Source of the DNA: an uncultured Alphaproteobacteria bacterium
GTDB taxonomy: Bacteria; Pseudomonadota; Alphaproteobacteria; HIMB59; GCA-002718135
NCBI GenBank assembly: GCA_902587565.1
Contig: CACILT010000002.1
Location: 68,884-132,883 of the forward strand
DNA length: 64,000 bases
Reading direction: 5' to 3'
The notes beneath the pieces were generated by a model, which was not told where the DNA came from, searched no databases, and was given only the letters and a program-made list of their open reading frames with translations. Both the position numbers and the translations under genes were made by a program. This document shows positions 58,678 to 64,000 of the stretch, one piece after another; the stretch's first letter is position 1, and every line of letters starts with the position of its first letter.

Positions 58678-59367
58678 ATGCGAAAATTAATTACTTTCAT
58701 CTCCTTAGTATTTATTTTAATATCCATCACTAAGGCTAATGCTAACACAGAAAAATTATACGAAAGACTTGTTAATGATTGGTCAACTATTTTCCCTGAC
58801 GGAAATAGGAATGCAGCAGGACCAAGATTTTTTAAATATATTTTAGATCAAAACTTAGAATATGAAGAGTTCATACAATTTAACAAGTTATACTGTGCTG
58901 TTTCAGGTTCTCTAATTCCTCCAGATGCTCAACCAGATGAAATTTTTCTTACTAATTTAGAAAATGATGAAAGAATTTGTGGTCAATATTATAAATGTTG
59001 TTGGCCTTGCTTATGCGATGTAATGAAATATTCAGAAACAAAAAAAATTAAATTTGATTTTAAAGATCAATCAAAAGAAATTTACACAATCGTTATCGAC
59101 AATCCATGTAATAAAAATGATTTTCCCGAACTTGTTAATAGAGATTATTTTTGTGAGGGTAATAAATTAAATAAAGAGTATACATACTCTGTAGATAACA
59201 AACTGGTTATTGGTGTATTGCATAATGCAAATATATGTAATGCCTACGATATTGATTACATAAAAAATGATCAGATAACTGGCCCTATGTGCGAAGCTAG
59301 AAATAGCATGCCTCTTGAGGAACTTAATTTTGGAATGGGTGACATTTTTATTAGGTTGGCAAATTGA
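58678..59367 (+). CDS. Secreted Cys-rich protein, unknown function
   Basis: Signal peptide. The segment YCAVSGSLI...CGQYYKCCWPCLCD is loosely reminiscent of YHS/TRASH-type metal-binding motifs, but that is speculative. Confidence 0.5.
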   Translation: MRKLITFISLVFILISITKANANTEKLYERLVNDWSTIFPDGNRNAAGPRFFKYILDQNLEYEEFIQFNKLYCAVSGSLIPPDAQPDEIFLTNLENDERICGQYYKCCWPCLCDVMKYSETKKIKFDFKDQSKEIYTIVIDNPCNKNDFPELVNRDYFCEGNKLNKEYTYSVDNKLVIGVLHNANICNAYDIDYIKNDQITGPMCEARNSMPLEELNFGMGDIFIRLAN

Positions 59368-60794
59368 AAATACTTGAAATGAGTAAGTTAGTTTTTATTT
59401 TTATCATATTAATATCCAGTATGGCTAAGGCAGAATTTTTTTCTAATATTTCAAATATAATAGAAAATAATAACGATCGATTAAGTTATGGAGTTTCAGT
59501 AACTGACTTTAATAAAGATGGAAACTATGAATTTATTGTTACAGGTTTTGGCTACTCTAATCTTGCTCTTAGTTATAAAAATGGAAAACTAATTAATACA
59601 ATACAAAATGATTTATTCCTTGATAAAAGTAGAAGAACTATCGGTGTATCAGCTTGCGATATAGATCAGGATGGTTTTGAAGAAATTTACTTCTTAAATA
59701 CTGATACGTACGCAGGAGAAAAAAAATACTCTGATAGATTGCTTGATAATAACAAAAAAATTTTAGATTATTTTGAGCTTGAAAAAAATTCAAAGAATTT
59801 AAATTTAACGGCAGGCAGATCAGTTGTTTGTGTAGACAGAAATGGATCAGGTAAATACGGTATATATGTTGCCAATTATGGAGGTCCTACTAGATTTTAT
59901 GAAATTAAAGAAAATGAAGTTGAAGATTTAGCACCAATTCTAGGGATTGACCAAATTACTGGAGGAAGAGCTGTAATTTCAGGTCATATAATTTCTGATA
60001 ATATGGATATATTTGCAGCTAATGAGCGGGGGCCAAATTTTTTATATAAAAATATCAATGGTAATTTTAAGGATATTGCAATTGAAAAAAATGTCCAAGA
60101 TACTTTTCAAAATGGTCGCGGAACAGCATTAACGGATTTTTTATATAGAGGGCAACTTGATATCGTAACTAGTAATTGGGAAGGTTATCATCGTATTTTT
60201 GTAAAACAAAAAGAGTCTTTTCTTGATATGTCATCATTAGAATTCAGAGCGCCAAGTAGAATACGAACAGTTATATCGGCTGATTTTGATAATGATGGTT
60301 ATGATGAAATTTTTTTAAATAATATTGGTCAACCAAACAAACTCTTTCGTATTCTTGACGAAGGAGTCTTAGAAGAAATTAAATTAGATGCAGCACTTGA
60401 AGAAAAAGGTCTAGGAACTGGTGCAGCTGTTGCTGATATTGATAGAGATGGAATTTTAGAATTACTTATTTCGCATGGTGAATCTGGAGCTCAACCACTT
60501 AGTTTATTTAAGGCAAATGTTTCAAATAGTAATTATATTAGAATCGAACCTCTAAATATTTTTGGTGCTCCAGCTAGAGGTGCAACTGTTACCTTACATA
60601 CGAATTTAAGAAATCATGCCAAGACTATTGATGCTGGGTCAGGATATTTATGTCAAATGGAACCAGTAGCTCATTACGGTTTACGTGAAGGTGAAATCAT
60701 TAAAAATATAACAATCAAATGGACGAATGGTACAATTGATAGTTATGAAATTAATGATATAAATAATACATTCGAATTTAAACAAGGAATATAA
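59364..60794 (+). CDS. FG-GAP/VCBS repeat protein with ASPIC/UnbV-like C-terminus (CRTAC1-like)
   Basis: Repeated D.D.DG motifs (TDFNKDGNYE, CDIDQDGFEE, ADFDNDGYDE, ADIDRDGILE) and a C-terminal GA.V.L......ID.GSGYLCQMEPVAHYGL segment. Confidence 0.75.
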   Translation: MKILEMSKLVFIFIILISSMAKAEFFSNISNIIENNNDRLSYGVSVTDFNKDGNYEFIVTGFGYSNLALSYKNGKLINTIQNDLFLDKSRRTIGVSACDIDQDGFEEIYFLNTDTYAGEKKYSDRLLDNNKKILDYFELEKNSKNLNLTAGRSVVCVDRNGSGKYGIYVANYGGPTRFYEIKENEVEDLAPILGIDQITGGRAVISGHIISDNMDIFAANERGPNFLYKNINGNFKDIAIEKNVQDTFQNGRGTALTDFLYRGQLDIVTSNWEGYHRIFVKQKESFLDMSSLEFRAPSRIRTVISADFDNDGYDEIFLNNIGQPNKLFRILDEGVLEEIKLDAALEEKGLGTGAAVADIDRDGILELLISHGESGAQPLSLFKANVSNSNYIRIEPLNIFGAPARGATVTLHTNLRNHAKTIDAGSGYLCQMEPVAHYGLREGEIIKNITIKWTNGTIDSYEINDINNTFEFKQGI

Positions 60795-60798
60795 TTTA

Positions 60799-61257
60799 AT
60801 GTCTGTTGTTGAAACATTAAAAAAACCAGCTCCACGTTTTCATTGGAAATGTAAACATACATGGAGAAGAAGTGCTAAAAATACTGCTTGGTGTTTGCTA
60901 GGATGTAGTATTGGTGATTTTGGAACTATACTTTATTTTCAATTAACTGGTATTCCTTGGCCTACTCTTTATATTATGATCCTAGCAATCATTAATGGTA
61001 TTATTACTAGCATCATTTTAGAGACGGTCGTTTTATCCAGACAAATGATTATCAGCAAAGCTTTTAAAACAGCCATAGGAATGAGTTTAATTTCAATGGT
61101 GTCTATGGAAATAGCTATGAATGCAGTGGACTGGATCATTATGGGTGGCGCTAAACTTGTATGGTGGGTAATACCTATAATGCTTCTTGCAGGCTTTATA
61201 ACGCCGTGGCCATATAATTATTACAGATTAAAAAAATATAATATTGCCTGTCATTAA
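60799..61257 (+). CDS. DUF4396-like membrane protein
   Basis: 152 aa. WCLLGCSIGDFGT resembles the DUF4396 signature. About four TM helices. Confidence 0.55.
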   Translation: MSVVETLKKPAPRFHWKCKHTWRRSAKNTAWCLLGCSIGDFGTILYFQLTGIPWPTLYIMILAIINGIITSIILETVVLSRQMIISKAFKTAIGMSLISMVSMEIAMNAVDWIIMGGAKLVWWVIPIMLLAGFITPWPYNYYRLKKYNIACH

Positions 61258-61305
61258 TTAAATTAATTCACAAACGAATATTGAAATTAGTTTAAACAAA
61301 CATAT

Positions 61306-61779
61306 TTGAATTTAATGATTAGAATATTACTTACATTATTATTTATTAGTTCTGGTGTATTTGCTGCTGCAAGTTCAGACGATAGTAGCTCAACTATGTC
61401 TGCAGGTGAACAAGTTATTAAGCTTTATGATAAAGCGTACGAATTAGTCTATTACAAGAAGTTTGATAAATCGATCAAATTGCTTGAAAAAATGGCTAAG
61501 CGTAAAGATCTTGGTGATAAAAAAGCCGATGTGTATAATTTGCTTGGATTTAGTTATAGAAAACATAGTGAGCCAAATTTAGACAAAGCTTTCGATGCAT
61601 ATCAAATTGCTTTAGAAGCAAATCCTGAACATTTAGGAGCACACGAATATCTAGGTGAACTTTACATCAAACTTGGAAAGATGAATAAAGCAAATGAAAT
61701 GTTGTTAAAGTTAGAAACTTTAGCTGGAACTAATTCTATGGAATATAGAAAATTAAAATCAGCAATTGATAATTCATAA
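61306..61779 (+). CDS. Secreted TPR-repeat protein
   Basis: Signal peptide plus TPR-like repeats (YNLLGFSYRK...AFDAYQIALEANPEHLGAHEYLGELYIKLGKMNKA). Confidence 0.65.
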   Translation: MNLMIRILLTLLFISSGVFAAASSDDSSSTMSAGEQVIKLYDKAYELVYYKKFDKSIKLLEKMAKRKDLGDKKADVYNLLGFSYRKHSEPNLDKAFDAYQIALEANPEHLGAHEYLGELYIKLGKMNKANEMLLKLETLAGTNSMEYRKLKSAIDNS

Positions 61780-61786
61780 CTAGTAC

Positions 61787-61810
61787 AATTGCTCTTTATG
61801 AAGAGCAATT
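61787..61810 (+). terminator. Hairpin downstream of the TPR gene
   Basis: Stem aattgctctt, loop tatg, stem aagagcaatt (10 bp). The T-tract is weak. Confidence 0.45.
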
Positions 61811-61816
61811 TGACCT

Positions 61817-62245
61817 ATGATAATTTATACTCTTAATTTTTTATTAGCAGTCTTAATAGGATCTATGATTTTTTTTATGGCTGTTGTCTCACCCTCAGTC
61901 TTTGCCACTTTAAGTACAAATGCTAGCAGTAAATTGTTAAGAACAATTTTTCCTCGAATGTTTTTATTTGGATTTATAATAGCCATTTTATCTTTATTCC
62001 TTTGTTATATTTCGAGTAATATTTTAAATTCTATTTTATTAATAATAGTGGCAATGAGTTTTATTATTAATCGAAATTATTTAACACCTAAAATTAATGA
62101 TTTTAGAGATAAAGAATTAGAAGGTGATAAAAAAGCATCTTCAAATTTTAAATATATGCATTTGCTTTCAGTTTTATTATTTGTATTGAATTTTATTATT
62201 TTAATTGGGATCGTGATTAATAATTACTTTAATTATAATTTATAA
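61817..62245 (+). CDS. Small integral membrane protein (DUF4149/TMEM205-like)
   Basis: 142 aa with four TM helices. The family assignment is tentative. Confidence 0.45.
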   Translation: MIIYTLNFLLAVLIGSMIFFMAVVSPSVFATLSTNASSKLLRTIFPRMFLFGFIIAILSLFLCYISSNILNSILLIIVAMSFIINRNYLTPKINDFRDKELEGDKKASSNFKYMHLLSVLLFVLNFIILIGIVINNYFNYNL

Positions 62246-62886
62246 ACTTTGTCCTGTCCCACAGGATAAATACTCAAATTATTGTTACCTAAAACATCAC
62301 TTATTTGTTTAGAATGGATATCCAATCCACCCGTTAAAATTCCAAAACTTGGTAAAATGAATATTTTTTCATTGTGCACAAAAGATGTTTTAAAAATAGT
62401 TTTCCCTCTGTGTGAAATTTTTACTTTTGGATGATAGTGACCACAAATTTGAAATGAAGATGTTTTAATAGGCATGTGTGTAAACAAAAATTTATCAATT
62501 TTATAATTTGTACAATATTTAAAACCTTCAATTTGTATATTTTTATCATGATTACCTTTGATCCATATGAAATCAGTATTATCCATATATTGACTAAGAT
62601 TTTTATGATCTTGATCTTTTAAACTCAAAGTAGAAAAAACATCGTGTAATAAATCACCAACTATAATTAAATTACTTGGTTTAATCTTATCTAAACTGAT
62701 AAAAAGTTCGTTTAATATTTCTTTAGTATCATACGGAGGTAAAAATTGTTTATTCTTTGCATAACTAATAGATTTGCCAAGATGTAAATCTGCTACAATT
62801 AATGTCTTTAATCTTTTCCAATAAAGAGATTTATTTGGATATGCATAAAATTCTTCATTACCAAAGTTAATTAATTGATAGTACAT
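62233..62886 (-). CDS. pdeM: Ligase-associated DNA damage response endonuclease PdeM (metallophosphoesterase)
   Basis: ADLHLGK, GDLLHD, GNHD and GHYHP. Directly downstream of the Lhr-like helicase gene. Confidence 0.75.
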   Translation of the reverse strand: MYYQLINFGNEEFYAYPNKSLYWKRLKTLIVADLHLGKSISYAKNKQFLPPYDTKEILNELFISLDKIKPSNLIIVGDLLHDVFSTLSLKDQDHKNLSQYMDNTDFIWIKGNHDKNIQIEGFKYCTNYKIDKFLFTHMPIKTSSFQICGHYHPKVKISHRGKTIFKTSFVHNEKIFILPSFGILTGGLDIHSKQISDVLGNNNLSIYPVGQDKVYKL

Positions 62887-64000
62887 TAGCCTCTTTTAAT
62901 ATTTCATTTTCTAAATCCTCTAAAATATATTCATCAGTTTCCTTTTTTGATAAATTTTCTTTATTTATCTCAAGAATAATCGGAACAGCCAAAGGTGAGA
63001 TACTTGTGAGTTTTTTTAATATAATTTTTTTATCAATTTTTTTTAAGATTTCTCTAAGTCTATCATAATCAATCATATTCTTTTTTGCGTCTTCATATGA
63101 TGATTGTAGAAGAATGTGATCTGGTTCATTTTTTTTGAGAACTGTATAAATTAGATCAGAACTAAATAAAACTTGCTTCCCCGTTTTTTCCATCCCTGGC
63201 AACCTTCTTTCTATTAAACAAGATATAATTGCATTATCTCTAAACAATCTTTTGACTATTGAAGTTTCTTCAAGATAATTATCTAAATGTTTATCTAACA
63301 ATCCTAAATTTAGAATTGTTTTAATTTCTTTAACTTCTTTTAAAGACCATAAAACAATAGCATAATCATTTGCAACAAAACCTAGAGGTTTACAGTTAAA
63401 TTCCTTAAAGCCTCTGAGCAATAAAAAACCTAATGTTTGATTGGCATGCCATCCTGCAAAAGTGTAGATAACAGTATAAAAATTTTTTTTTCGAGGGAAT
63501 TGTTCAACTAGATATTCATTTTTTTTAGGAATTTTAGATATATTTTTTTGTCTTTTTAACCATTCAGTAATTTGCTCTGGATATGAATCCCACATATTAC
63601 TTTTCGCCAATAAAGCCCTAACTGAGTTAGCCAAATTTGTTGATAATGGCATTCTGCCTCCAGAGTATGATGGTATTTTTGAAATTAAAGATTTACTTCT
63701 TTTAACTTGTACTAAATTATTTTTCATTGATTGAAATTCTAGTACTTGACCGGCAAATATAAATGAATCACCTTGAGAAAGATTTTGAATAAAAACTTCT
63801 TCTATATTCCCTAATGTTTTTGTTCCAAGTTTTATTTTTAACATCGGATTTTCAATTATTGTTCCAACATTCATGCGGTATTTTCTTGTTTCTCTTCTAT
63901 TTACTAGCTTATAAATATTTTTATTTTCTCTCAATTGGAAGATTCTCTTAAATTGATCATAATTTTTTAAAACATATCCGCCATCTTGTATGAGATTAAT
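62867..64000 (-). CDS. lhr: Lhr-like DEXH-box helicase, C-terminal (DEAD-associated) part; the 5' end lies beyond the window
   Basis: The frame stays open upstream of the listed TTG out to position 64000 (INLIQDGGYVLKNYDQFKRIFQL...). YRMNVGTI and the winged-helix-like C-terminus are typical of Lhr family proteins. Confidence 0.7.
   Translation of the reverse strand: MNLIQDGGYVLKNYDQFKRIFQLRENKNIYKLVNRRETRKYRMNVGTIIENPMLKIKLGTKTLGNIEEVFIQNLSQGDSFIFAGQVLEFQSMKNNLVQVKRSKSLISKIPSYSGGRMPLSTNLANSVRALLAKSNMWDSYPEQITEWLKRQKNISKIPKKNEYLVEQFPRKKNFYTVIYTFAGWHANQTLGFLLLRGFKEFNCKPLGFVANDYAIVLWSLKEVKEIKTILNLGLLDKHLDNYLEETSIVKRLFRDNAIISCLIERRLPGMEKTGKQVLFSSDLIYTVLKKNEPDHILLQSSYEDAKKNMIDYDRLREILKKIDKKIILKKLTSISPLAVPIILEINKENLSKKETDEYILEDLENEILKEANVLSIN

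Overview
This is a very AT-rich, tightly packed alphaproteobacterial chromosome segment. Its gene content looks like SAR11/Pelagibacterales, which is an inference from composition and gene repertoire. Most of the window is ordinary core genome. It holds the Tol-Pal operon (tolQRAB-pal-cpoB), yebC, tkt-gap, efp, rpmE and rpmG. It also holds a photolyase/CFA-synthase-like cluster and a large methyl-group/C1 oxidation block: metF-like, fhs, soxBDAG, ETF-QO, etfAB, dimethylglycine dehydrogenase and a GcvT/DmdA-like enzyme. Further on are apaG, trkH, argF-argD, recX, mscS, gpx, groES-groEL with a CIRCE operator, sppA, and lhr-pdeM at the right edge. The standout is a 5,698-bp integrative element at about 52741..58485, inserted into the 3' half of tRNA-Gln(UUG). 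It is bounded by perfect 47-bp direct repeats, and hand counts put it at about 35-48% GC against about 22-30% for the host. All of its genes lie on the minus strand: a tyrosine integrase next to the intact tRNA, a small CxxC ORF, an AlpA/excisionase-like HTH, a stand-alone primase zinc finger translationally coupled to a 692-aa Toprim-primase/P-loop helicase, and three small ORFs of unknown function. It has no capsid, tail, terminase or lysis genes and no recognisable repressor. I therefore read it as a minimal self-replicating satellite-like or integrative island rather than a prophage. Inside it I can see candidate cis elements: GTTACYT iterons bracketing an AT-rich tract (putative ori), tandem ATCAC(G/A)TGAT palindromes upstream of the alpA-like gene, and TGCCGC motifs near both ends (candidate integrase arm sites). 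I found no CRISPR array, rRNA or IS element.
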